A stretch of 64,000 nucleotides of DNA, taken from assembly GCA_910579325.1 (NCBI GenBank), contig CAJTTU010000002.1, positions 32,106 to 96,105 on the forward strand, given 5' to 3'. Both the position numbers and the translations under genes were made by a program. This document shows positions 56,489-64,000 of this stretch, piece by piece (the first letter of the stretch is position 1; every line of letters starts with the position of its first letter). Under the pieces are notes generated by a model. That model searched no databases and was not told where the DNA came from. It saw only the letters and a program-made list of their open reading frames with translations. Origin of the DNA: an uncultured Lachnospiraceae bacterium (GTDB lineage: Bacteria > Bacillota > Clostridia > Lachnospirales > Lachnospiraceae).

Positions 56489-56650
56489 ATGATGGTTCCT
56501 CCGTATTATTGTGCTAAACCCGTTACTTTGCAGTGCGAAGAAGGAAAGCCGGGGCTTTCCTCCTTCCCGGGCTTCGCCCTATCAAACTGCAATCCGGTGA
56601 ATTTGCCTGCGGGCAGTGGTTTCACCATCTTACAGTTTGGCATTGTTCAT
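56489..56650 (-). promoter_or_regulatory. Structured 5' leader, copy 2 of the paralogous pair, with an extra 14-bp platform hairpin
   Basis: TATAAT lies at 56662-56657. P1 is CAAACUGUAA/UUGCAGUUUG and P2 is GGUGAA/UUCACC. The platform hairpin GAAGGAGGAAAGCC/GGCUUUCCUUCUUC is at 56537-56566. Confidence 0.5.
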
Positions 56651-56775
56651 GGGGATATTATAGCATGAACTTTTTATTCCCACAACATTGCAATCATTTT
56701 GGATATCATCTATAATAAGGTGATATACTGATAGGAAAAGAATTGAGAGAAGGTTTACTGACGGAGGAAACCGGA

Positions 56776-57867
56776 ATGAGAGAGGAATATGCTGATTTGG
56801 TGGAGTTTTTAAATGACGCCAAACAATCGGTAATCGACCTGGGTGTTTTGCAGAAAAATGTGAACGCTGCGGAGATAGAGGGGAAGAAACTTGAGAAGGC
56901 GCTGGGCGCGGAACGGAAAGCCGTGGCGGATCAGATCGCTCTGACTGTGAAAAAGCGGAAGGATGAGATTGCGGAGGCTTATGACCGGGAAATCAGGGGA
57001 GATCAGGAGAAGCTGAAAAAGGCCAGGGCGAAACGGGAAAAGGCGAAAAACAAAGGGATGAAGCTGCGCATAGAGGAGGAGACTGCCGAGCTGAACGAGG
57101 AAAACCGCCAGCTGCGTACCCGGCTGACTACGTTATTTAAGCAGAATCATCTGCCTGGCTTTTGCAACACCACCTTCTATTATGCGTTGTTTTTCACCAG
57201 GGGTCCGAAGGATTTTCTGATTTTGCTTCTGACGGCGCTGGTTTGCTTTCTGGCCATCCCCTGGGGCATTTATTTTGCCCTGCCGGAAAGGGTCATGTGG
57301 TATCTGGCCGTGATCTATCCGGCCGTGATTCTCGTGTTTGTGGGATTATACATTATCATTGCGAACCGGACGAAGGTGGATAATATCGGCGTGCTGCGCG
57401 AAGGCCGGAAGCTGCGCATGATGATCAAGGCTAATGAGCGGAAGATGGACGCCATTAAAAATTCCATCGAAAAAGACCGGAATGAGGATCTCTATGACCT
57501 GGATAAGTATGACAGGGAGATCGAGGAGATCGAGGAGGAGCTGGCAGATATTGGTTCCCGCAAAGAGGATGCCCTCTATGTGTTTGAAAATGAGACGGCG
57601 CTGATTATCACGAAGGAGATCAGGCAGAATTATCAGGGGCGGATTGACAGCCTGTCCGAACAGAAACAGGAATGCGAGGAACGGTATAAGGAGCTGTCCG
57701 GCCAGTTAAAACGGATGACAATCAATGTGACAGATGAATTTGAAAGCCGGATTGGCCGGGAATTCATGGTTCCGGAAAAGCTGGACGCGCTGGCGAAAAT
57801 CCTTGAGGAGGAGAGGGCGGACAGCTTGTCGGAGGCGCAGGAGATGTACCGCAATAAGTTAAGTTAG
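56776..57867 (+). CDS. Hypothetical coiled-coil membrane protein
   Basis: ACGGAGGAAAC lies before the ATG at 56776. Charged coiled-coil segments flank about 2-3 TM helices. Confidence 0.5.
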   Translation: MREEYADLVEFLNDAKQSVIDLGVLQKNVNAAEIEGKKLEKALGAERKAVADQIALTVKKRKDEIAEAYDREIRGDQEKLKKARAKREKAKNKGMKLRIEEETAELNEENRQLRTRLTTLFKQNHLPGFCNTTFYYALFFTRGPKDFLILLLTALVCFLAIPWGIYFALPERVMWYLAVIYPAVILVFVGLYIIIANRTKVDNIGVLREGRKLRMMIKANERKMDAIKNSIEKDRNEDLYDLDKYDREIEEIEEELADIGSRKEDALYVFENETALIITKEIRQNYQGRIDSLSEQKQECEERYKELSGQLKRMTINVTDEFESRIGREFMVPEKLDALAKILEEERADSLSEAQEMYRNKLS

Positions 57868-57921
57868 TGTGGAGTACGACTGCGCCATATACAGGCAGGG
57901 CAGACCCTCCATGCCAGTTTT

Positions 57922-58620
57922 TTAAATGCCTCGCAAAAAGGTATTGGGAATGAACTCCCGCAAGACCGCAGCGGCGGCGTTCAGCTCCGCCTCCGTATAT
58001 GGCGTAAAGTGGAGGCCGGATAAAGTTTCACAGTCCCGGTAGGATTGAAGATAGTAAGCCTGGGAGCCTGCCAGCCATTCCCCTATGACGGCGAAGTCCT
58101 CCATGGACTGGAACTCTCTGGCTGTGGTGGTGCGGAATTCATAAGGAATGCCGCTTTGCCGGATCAGGCGGACGCTTTCCTCGATGCGGTTCATATCTAC
58201 CTGCGCCATGCCGCTGGCAAAGGCATAGCGGGAGGGCGCGGCTTTGATATCCATGGCGATATAATCCGGACTGTGGCGGTCAAACAGAATACGAAGCTGA
58301 TCCGGCCGGTAGCCGTTGGTATCCAGCTTGACCAGATAGCCCAGAGAATGGATCAGGTTGATCCACTCTCCCAGGTCGGGCGTCAGGGTTGGTTCGCCGC
58401 CGGTGACGCAGACACCTTCCAGGATGTTCTGCCGTTTTTTTAGAAAGCGGATAAATTCTTCATCTGAAATTGTTTCCGCCGCCGTCGTGCTGTCTGGGAG
58501 AACGATGTCCCGATTTTGGCAAAAGGGGCAGTGGAAATTGCAGCCGCCTAAAAATATGGTGCAGGCCACATGGCCGGGAAAGTCCAGTAAGGTTGTTTTT
58601 TGCAGACCGTATATATGCAT
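57922..58620 (-). CDS. nrdG: Anaerobic ribonucleoside-triphosphate reductase activating protein-type radical SAM activase
   Basis: TTLLDFPGHVACTIFLGGCNFHCPFCQN (CxxxCxxC), GVCVTGGEPTL. Confidence 0.72.
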   Translation of the reverse strand: MHIYGLQKTTLLDFPGHVACTIFLGGCNFHCPFCQNRDIVLPDSTTAAETISDEEFIRFLKKRQNILEGVCVTGGEPTLTPDLGEWINLIHSLGYLVKLDTNGYRPDQLRILFDRHSPDYIAMDIKAAPSRYAFASGMAQVDMNRIEESVRLIRQSGIPYEFRTTTAREFQSMEDFAVIGEWLAGSQAYYLQSYRDCETLSGLHFTPYTEAELNAAAAVLREFIPNTFLRGI

Positions 58621-58748
58621 AGTATATATCTACCTCATTAAAAATTTATAACACTCTGGCTGTTGGCGCGCTGCCCCGACATAGGGCAGAAATTCCTTTG
58701 TACGGCAGCCGAGTGTTCATATCATATCACATATCAGGAGTTTCTGCC

Positions 58749-59312
58749 ATGGAGATACAGGAAAAATACATGAAGGAGGCTTTAAAGCAGGCCAGAAAAG
58801 CTTATAAGCTGGGAGAGGTTCCCATTGGCTGCGTCATAGTCTATGGGGATAAAATTATTGCCAGAGGGTATAACAGAAGGAAGACCGATAAGAATACCCT
58901 GTCCCATGCCGAGCTGCAGGCTATCAGAAAGGCCAGCCGGGTGATGGGCGACTGGCGTTTGGAGGAGTGCGACATGTATGTGACGCTGGAGCCCTGCCAG
59001 ATGTGTTCCGGCGCCATCGTCCAGGCACGGATTCCTCGGGTGGTGATCGGCTGTATGAACCCCAAGGCCGGCTGTGCGGGTTCGATTCTGAACCTGCTGC
59101 AGATGCCGCAATTTAACCACCAGGTGGAAATCGTCCGGGGGGTCATGGAGGAAGAATGTTCGTCCGTGCTGAAAACCTTTTTCAAAGAACTGCGCGTAAA
59201 GGTAAAAGAAGAAAAAGCTGCCAGGAAGGCCATAGAATCGGAAGGGAAGCCAGCAGAAAGCACGGAGATGGAAACAGAAAAACCGGACCGGGCAACCAAT
59301 AAAAAAATTTGA
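58749..59312 (+). CDS. tadA: tRNA adenosine(34) deaminase with a charged C-terminal extension
   Basis: EVPIGCVIV, HAELQAI, TLEPCQMCSGAI. Confidence 0.87.
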   Translation: MEIQEKYMKEALKQARKAYKLGEVPIGCVIVYGDKIIARGYNRRKTDKNTLSHAELQAIRKASRVMGDWRLEECDMYVTLEPCQMCSGAIVQARIPRVVIGCMNPKAGCAGSILNLLQMPQFNHQVEIVRGVMEEECSSVLKTFFKELRVKVKEEKAARKAIESEGKPAESTEMETEKPDRATNKKI

Positions 59313-59361
59313 CAAACGTTCCGGGAACGGTTATACTATGAAAGTCAAAGTAGTTTTCAAG

Positions 59362-59628
59362 TTTCCGCGCAGCCGGGGAGATAGCGGTGCCCTGTACCTG
59401 CAATCCGCTACAGCAGGGGTGATGCCTCCGCTGAGGATTCCCATTGCATGGCTGCCCTGTATAAGTGGCGTTGACGTCTGGGTCTTACGCAACAGGAACC
59501 TGTGAACCGTGTCAGGTCAGGAATGGAGCAGCACTAAGCAGGACCTTCTGTGTGCCGTGAGGGCGCCTGGGCCGAGTTAACTGTACAGGTAACGCATGTG
59601 ATGTGTCTTCGAGGCGAGGCGCGCGGAT
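59362..59628 (+). ncRNA. ffs: Signal recognition particle RNA (long Bacillus/Clostridium type)
   Basis: The domain IV core gtcaggtcaggaatggagcagc is present. The 5' ccgcgc and 3' gcgcgg ends are complementary. Canonical position directly after tadA. End coordinates are approximate. Confidence 0.8.
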
Positions 59629-59663
59629 TAAATATTAAAATTTAACAGGTGATTTTCACCGAA

Positions 59664-59696
59664 CCGGAGGATACAAAAGTACCTCCGGTATTTTTG
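59664..59696 (+). terminator. Intrinsic terminator after the SRP RNA
   Basis: ccggagg pairs with cctccgg across an 11-nt loop, followed by tATTTTT. Confidence 0.8.
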
Positions 59697-59738
59697 TATC
59701 ATAAGAGCGTTTTGCAGTGAACGCCCCTATGATACAAA
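59693..59738. repeat. Palindromic repeat element, second full copy (different loop)
   Basis: tttgtatcata...tatgatacaaa arms match the 27370-27414 arms. Confidence 0.75.
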
Positions 59739-59765
59739 GATGTTTTTTCGGTCGGAAATCGGCTG

Positions 59766-60233
59766 TTACGCTTCGATTTCCCGGATTACATTCACCATTT
59801 CAATGGCGCTCAAAGCGCAGTCATAACCTTTATTTCCCGCTTTTGTCCCGGCTCGCTCGATGGCCTGCTCGATATTTTCGGTGGTGAGGATACCGAAAAG
59901 GACAGGGATGCCGGTCTCTAAAGAAACGGCGGCGATGCCCTTTGACACTTCGTTGCACACATAATCATAATGGCTGGTAGCGCCCCGGATCACCGCGCCC
60001 AGGCAGATAACGGCGTCATATTTTCCGCTTTTGGCCATCTTGGAGGCGATCAGCGGAATCTCGAAGGCGCCGGGAACCCAGGCCAGATGGATGCTGTCCT
60101 CTGGCACGTCGTGGCGGATCAGGCCGTCCATGGCGCCGCTGATCAGCTTTGAGGTGATAAATTCATTGAAACGGGAGGCGACGATGCCGATTTTGATGTT
60201 GTTGGATGTCAGTTTTCCTTCAAATGTTCTCAT
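59766..60233 (-). CDS. ribH: 6,7-dimethyl-8-ribityllumazine synthase
   Basis: MRTFEGKL...[16 protein letters not shown]...L, and [27 protein letters not shown] before the ATG at 60233. Confidence 0.9.
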   Translation of the reverse strand: MRTFEGKLTSNNIKIGIVASRFNEFITSKLISGAMDGLIRHDVPEDSIHLAWVPGAFEIPLIASKMAKSGKYDAVICLGAVIRGATSHYDYVCNEVSKGIAAVSLETGIPVLFGILTTENIEQAIERAGTKAGNKGYDCALSAIEMVNVIREIEA

Positions 60234-60356
60234 AGTGGTTGATCTCCTTTTATATTTGGTGATGTCCGCGCGGGCAGACATGTCTGTTAAATTTCCATTT
60301 TCAGTCATTGCGGATCAGCGTTTCAAATTCCGCGTTTTACGGGGCGGAACTGCTTT

Positions 60357-61556
60357 CTAATAATTCAGGATATGCCCCATCCGGTTCTGCTTGGTTTTCA
60401 GATAGAACAGATCATGGGCGGTCGCGTTCATCTGGATGGGAACCCGCTGCGTGATCTCCAGGCCGAAATCCGCCAGCTGGTACACCTTGTCCGGGTTATT
60501 GGTCAAAAGCCGCATGGTCTTGACACCCAGATCCTTAAGAATCTGCGCGCCGATATAGTATTCCCGCTGGTCTCCGGCAAAGCCCAGGGCCAGGTTGGCT
60601 TCCAGGGTATCCATGCCCTGTTCCTGCAGTTCATAGGCCCGCAGCTTATTGATCAGGCCGATGCCTCTGCCCTCCTGGCGCATATACAGCAGAATGCCCC
60701 GTCCTTCCTCCTCGATCTGTGTCATGGCGGCGGCAAACTGCTGGCCGCAGTCGCAGCGCAGGGAGCCGAAGGTATCTCCGGTCAGGCATTCGGAGTGGAC
60801 TCTGCACAGAACATCCTGCCCGTCACCGATGTCTCCTTTCACCAGCGCCACATGATGTTCGCCGTTTAACAGGTTGATATAGCCGTACGCTGTAAAATCG
60901 CCGTATTTTGTGGGCATTTTATTTCTAGTTACCCGTTCCACCAGCTTTTCGTGCCGTTTCCGGTACTGCTGCAGGTCATGGATGGTAATGAATTTCAGCC
61001 CCCACCTGTTTGCCACCTCCCATAACTGAGGCGTGCGCATCATGGTTCCGTCTTCTTTCATGATTTCACAGCAGAGGCCGCATTGCTTTAACCCTGCCAG
61101 GCGCATCAGGTCCACGGTGGCTTCCGTGTGCCCGTTCCGTTCCAGCACGCCATTGGGCTTGGCCAGCAGCGGAAACATGTGCCCGGGCCGCCGGAAATCC
61201 TCGGGGCGGACATCGTCTTCCACACATTTCATGGCGGTGACGGAGCGTTCTGCGGCGGAAATGCCTGTGGTGGTGTCCACATGGTCGATGGACACGGTAA
61301 ATGCCGTCTCATGATTGTCCGTATTGTCGGCGACCATCTGGGGAAACTGGAGCTTCCTCACATATTCCTCCGCCATGGGCATACAGATCAGCCCTTTGCC
61401 GTGGGTGGCCATAAAATTGATGTTTTCCGTGGTGGCAAACTGGGCGGCGCAGATAAAGTCGCCCTCATTTTCCCGGTCCGGGTCGTCTGTCACCAGAATG
61501 ATTTTGCCCTGCCGCAGATCCTCAAGGGCTTCTTCGATGGTGTTGAATTGGTTCAT
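60357..61556 (-). CDS. ribBA: Bifunctional 3,4-dihydroxy-2-butanone-4-phosphate synthase / GTP cyclohydrolase II
   Basis: [24 protein letters not shown], and [21 protein letters not shown]. Confidence 0.93.
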   Translation of the reverse strand: MNQFNTIEEALEDLRQGKIILVTDDPDRENEGDFICAAQFATTENINFMATHGKGLICMPMAEEYVRKLQFPQMVADNTDNHETAFTVSIDHVDTTTGISAAERSVTAMKCVEDDVRPEDFRRPGHMFPLLAKPNGVLERNGHTEATVDLMRLAGLKQCGLCCEIMKEDGTMMRTPQLWEVANRWGLKFITIHDLQQYRKRHEKLVERVTRNKMPTKYGDFTAYGYINLLNGEHHVALVKGDIGDGQDVLCRVHSECLTGDTFGSLRCDCGQQFAAAMTQIEEEGRGILLYMRQEGRGIGLINKLRAYELQEQGMDTLEANLALGFAGDQREYYIGAQILKDLGVKTMRLLTNNPDKVYQLADFGLEITQRVPIQMNATAHDLFYLKTKQNRMGHILNY

Positions 61557-61706
61557 ATGGTGTGTTCCTTTCTGTCAATTGCAAAAGCGTATAACGATGC
61601 GCTGCATGCGTTTGATGGTAATGATTAAAAATCATTAGCTTTTACGATAATTTTTTATGGCAAGAATGATAAAGGTTTTTTGAAGGGTTTTCCTACCATT
61701 CCCCTG

Positions 61707-62354
61707 CTAAAAACCATATTTCTCCAAAAAATCCCGGGTAATTTTACTGCCGTTCGGCTGCGGCTGTACAGGCGCCATCAGCTTTTCCACATATTTCCCG
61801 ATGATATCCGTCTCCAGATTCACCGGATCGCCGGGTCCTTTCTGGCAGAGGGTGGTGGCGCGGACCGTATGGGGAATGGCGGAGATGGCGAAGCTGTCCT
61901 CCGATACCCGGGCCACGGTCAGGCTGATGCCGTCGATGGCGACGGAGCCTTTTTCCACGATATAGCGCAGGATGTCCGGGGCGGCTTTTATGGTGTACCA
62001 GATGGCATTGTCATCTTTTGCGACCTGTGAGATCCGGCCCAATCCGTCCACATGTCCGGCTACGATGTGCCCGCCGAAGCGCCCGTCTGCCGCCATGGCC
62101 CGTTCCAGGTTTACCTGGCTGCCGATCAGCAGGGCGGCCAGGCTGGAGCGGTTCAGCGTTTCGTGCATCACGTCGGCGCAGAAGCCGTGGCTGTGTACCT
62201 GGGTGGCCGTCAGGCATACGCCGTTGACGGCCACACTGTCCCCTACCTTCAGGTCGCCCAAAATGGTTTCGGCCTGTAGATGCAGAACGGCGGAATGGGG
62301 TCCTTTTTTGATCTGTTTTATGGTGCCTACTTCTTCTATGATTCCTGTGAACGT
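61707..62354 (-). CDS. ribE: Riboflavin synthase alpha chain. The expected Met1 codon reads ACG.
   Basis: The frame upstream of the track ORF reads (ACG)FTGIIEEVGTIKQIKKG..., colinear with MFTGIIEE of RibE. GAGGTGA lies 6 nt before the ACG, and an in-frame TGA lies 2 codons further upstream. Confidence 0.75.
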   Translation of the reverse strand, partial: TFTGIIEEVGTIKQIKKGPHSAVLHLQAETILGDLKVGDSVAVNGVCLTATQVHSHGFCADVMHETLNRSSLAALLIGSQVNLERAMAADGRFGGHIVAGHVDGLGRISQVAKDDNAIWYTIKAAPDILRYIVEKGSVAIDGISLTVARVSEDSFAISAIPHTVRATTLCQKGPGDPVNLETDIIGKYVEKLMAPVQPQPNGSKITRDFLEKYGF

Positions 62355-62390
62355 AACTGTTCACCTCTTTTCTTTTTGATATTTTTAAAT

Positions 62391-63497
62391 TTATTTAAGG
62401 GAATTCCTTACGCCAGTCACATCATATTCCAGCAGCAAATCCTCCCCCAGCGGGGTAACGGTACCGTTTTCCAGCGTGACAGCTTCATCGGGGGAGGGGA
62501 AGCCTTCTCCTTCTACGGGAGATTTGGCGTCTTTGCCGCCCAATAGTTTCGGCGCGATATATGCCAGTATTTTATTTACGATGCCTGCCTTTAGCGCGGC
62601 CCAGTTCAGTGTGCCGCCGCCCTCCAGCAGGACGCTGTCAATCTGCCGTTTCCCCAGCTCCGCCATCAGCGCCTGCAAGTCCACATGCCCCTTCTGCTGA
62701 GGTAAAACAAGAACGGTGCAGCCGGCATCCTGGAAAGGCTGTGCGGCCTGCAAGTCCGTATTGCAGGTGGCAAGAATCGTGGGAACGTCCTTTGCGGTCT
62801 GCACAATCTGGGATGTCAGGGGCGTTCTTAGCCCGGAATCGCAGATAACGCGGATCGGGTTCTTCCCTCCTTCGGCCCGGCAGGTTAAAAGCGGGTCGTC
62901 TGCCAGCACGGTTCCCACGCCGGCCATAATGGCGCTGTACCGGTGGCGCTGCAAATGTACGTGGTTTCTGGCGGCTTCCCCGGTAATCCATTTGGAAGCG
63001 CCGGTGCAGGCGGCGATCTTTCCATCCAGGGTCATGGCGTATTTCATGGCTACAAAGGGAAGCCCGGTGCGGATGAAATGAAAGAATACCTGATTTAGTT
63101 CCATACATTCCTGTTCCAGCACATGCTCGTCCACCGTGACGCCATGCTGACGCAGCAGGCCGATGCCTTTGCCGGCTACCAGAGGGTTCGGGTCTCCGGC
63201 TCCTACAACCACCCTGCCGACGCCTGCCTCCAGCAAAGCCTGGGTGCAGGGAGGCTGCCTGCCCTGATGGCAGCAGGGCTCTAATGTTACATAAATGGTG
63301 GCTCCGGCCGGGTCTTCCCGGCAGGCGGCCAGCGCCTCCCGCTCAGCGTGAAGCTCACCGCAGCGCCGGTGCCAGCCTTCGCCGATGATTCGTCCGTTTT
63401 TTACGATTACGGCTCCCACCATTGGGTTGGGAGAGGTCCATCCCATCCCGTTGCGGGCCAGTGCAAGCGCCCGGGCCATATATTCCTGGTCATTCAA
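62391..63497 (-). CDS. ribD: Bifunctional diaminohydroxyphosphoribosylaminopyrimidine deaminase / 5-amino-6-(5-phosphoribosylamino)uracil reductase
   Basis: EYMARALALA, NPMVGAVIV, HAEREAL, TLEPCCHQGRQPPC. Probable TTG start at 63497, 9 nt after GGAGG. Confidence 0.9.
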   Translation of the reverse strand: MNDQEYMARALALARNGMGWTSPNPMVGAVIVKNGRIIGEGWHRRCGELHAEREALAACREDPAGATIYVTLEPCCHQGRQPPCTQALLEAGVGRVVVGAGDPNPLVAGKGIGLLRQHGVTVDEHVLEQECMELNQVFFHFIRTGLPFVAMKYAMTLDGKIAACTGASKWITGEAARNHVHLQRHRYSAIMAGVGTVLADDPLLTCRAEGGKNPIRVICDSGLRTPLTSQIVQTAKDVPTILATCNTDLQAAQPFQDAGCTVLVLPQQKGHVDLQALMAELGKRQIDSVLLEGGGTLNWAALKAGIVNKILAYIAPKLLGGKDAKSPVEGEGFPSPDEAVTLENGTVTPLGEDLLLEYDVTGVRNSLK

Positions 63498-63585
63498 TAT
63501 GTTTCGCCTCCTTTTTGAACGTTATTCGGAAATGTTTTGAAAATATAAAATCAAGGCAAAAGCCGGCAGGCCGACATAATTTTGT

Positions 63586-63617
63586 ATAAAAAATGCCCTG
63601 AAATGTTTCAGGGCAGG
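63586..63617 (-). terminator. Second terminator-like hairpin in the rib leader
   Basis: On the minus strand, UGCCCUGAAA-CAUU-UCAGGGCA is followed by UUUUUU. Confidence 0.6.
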
Positions 63618-63682
63618 CATAAACCTGTGGGAGAATCCTGCATTGCAGACGCATTGCTCTGATGATCATATTGCTTCTGATA

Positions 63683-63717
63683 TATAAAAAACTCTGAAAT
63701 GAAAAACATTTCAGAGC
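63683..63717 (-). terminator. Terminator of the FMN riboswitch expression platform
   Basis: On the minus strand, CUCUGAAAUG-UUUUU-CAUUUCAGAG is followed by UUUUUU. Confidence 0.75.
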
Positions 63718-63763
63718 AGCCTTTATACTGGTATATACGATCCGCGCGAAACCTGCGCGTAGT

Positions 63764-63872
63764 CATCTTCTTCCATCCAGACTTTACTGTTGGCCCCGGA
63801 ATCTCACCGGATCTTGCCTTGCGGCTTGCGGGCTGTACCGCCAGTCAGGAATTTCACCCTGCCCTGAAGATT
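63764..63872 (-). promoter_or_regulatory. FMN riboswitch (RFN element) aptamer
   Basis: On the minus strand: CUUCAGGGCAGGGUGAAAUUCCUGACUGGCGGUACAGCCCGC...GGUGAGAUUCCGGGGCCAACAGUAAAGUCUGGAUGGAAGAAG. This matches the conserved RFN core, upstream of ribD. Confidence 0.88.
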
Positions 63873-64000
63873 TAGTTGTGTTGTATTGGTTATTATAACC
63901 TGTTTTGGGTCGGTTTGCAAGTGGTTTTTTGGAAAAATTGTATATGAAAAAAGAATATCCATAAGAATCCATAAAAAATCCCCGGATTCATTTTCCGGGG

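Noticed and set aside
58782-59315. 177-aa and 152-aa minus-strand ORFs
   Set aside because: They are antisense to tadA (HAE...PCxxC motifs). Shadow ORFs.
60372-61638. Plus-strand ORFs of 165, 166 and 107 aa
   Set aside because: They are antisense to ribBA. Their composition is Gly/His/Pro-rich and they have no RBS.

Overview
The window looks like a Clostridia (Lachnospiraceae-like) chromosomal segment. Supporting synteny: gdpP-rplI-dnaB, tadA followed by SRP RNA, mecA, murG, pgi, a ribD-E-BA-H operon behind an FMN riboswitch, and strong GGAGG ribosome-binding sites. Housekeeping genes flank two accessory blocks. Block 1 (about 4.2-24.2 kb) is visibly AT-richer. It holds a Uma2 endonuclease gene broken by one in-frame TGA, a RelE/ParE toxin-antitoxin pair, and an intact TnpB-like ORF whose three RuvC catalytic positions all appear substituted. 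That ORF is followed by a 300-nt GC-rich non-coding tail, a two-gene surface-protein operon, and a ~12-kb glycopolymer or activated-sugar cluster with unusual domain fusions and a duplicated two-gene module. The block ends in a frameshifted AAA-ATPase/PD-(D/E)XK pseudogene. Block 2 (27.1-39.2 kb) has a 540-nt structured leader, a nitrogenase-like NifH/D/K-type trio joined to a FecB/BtuF-class ABC importer, and an ABC-2 exporter module. Its gene junctions carry a shared family of 19-29-nt repeats. Two paralogous structured 5' leaders with compensatory base changes (52.5 kb and 56.6 kb, minus strand) are a candidate unclassified riboswitch. Everything was read by eye from the sequence and the ORF track. 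No searches, alignments or folding programs were run, so family assignments rest on recognised motifs.
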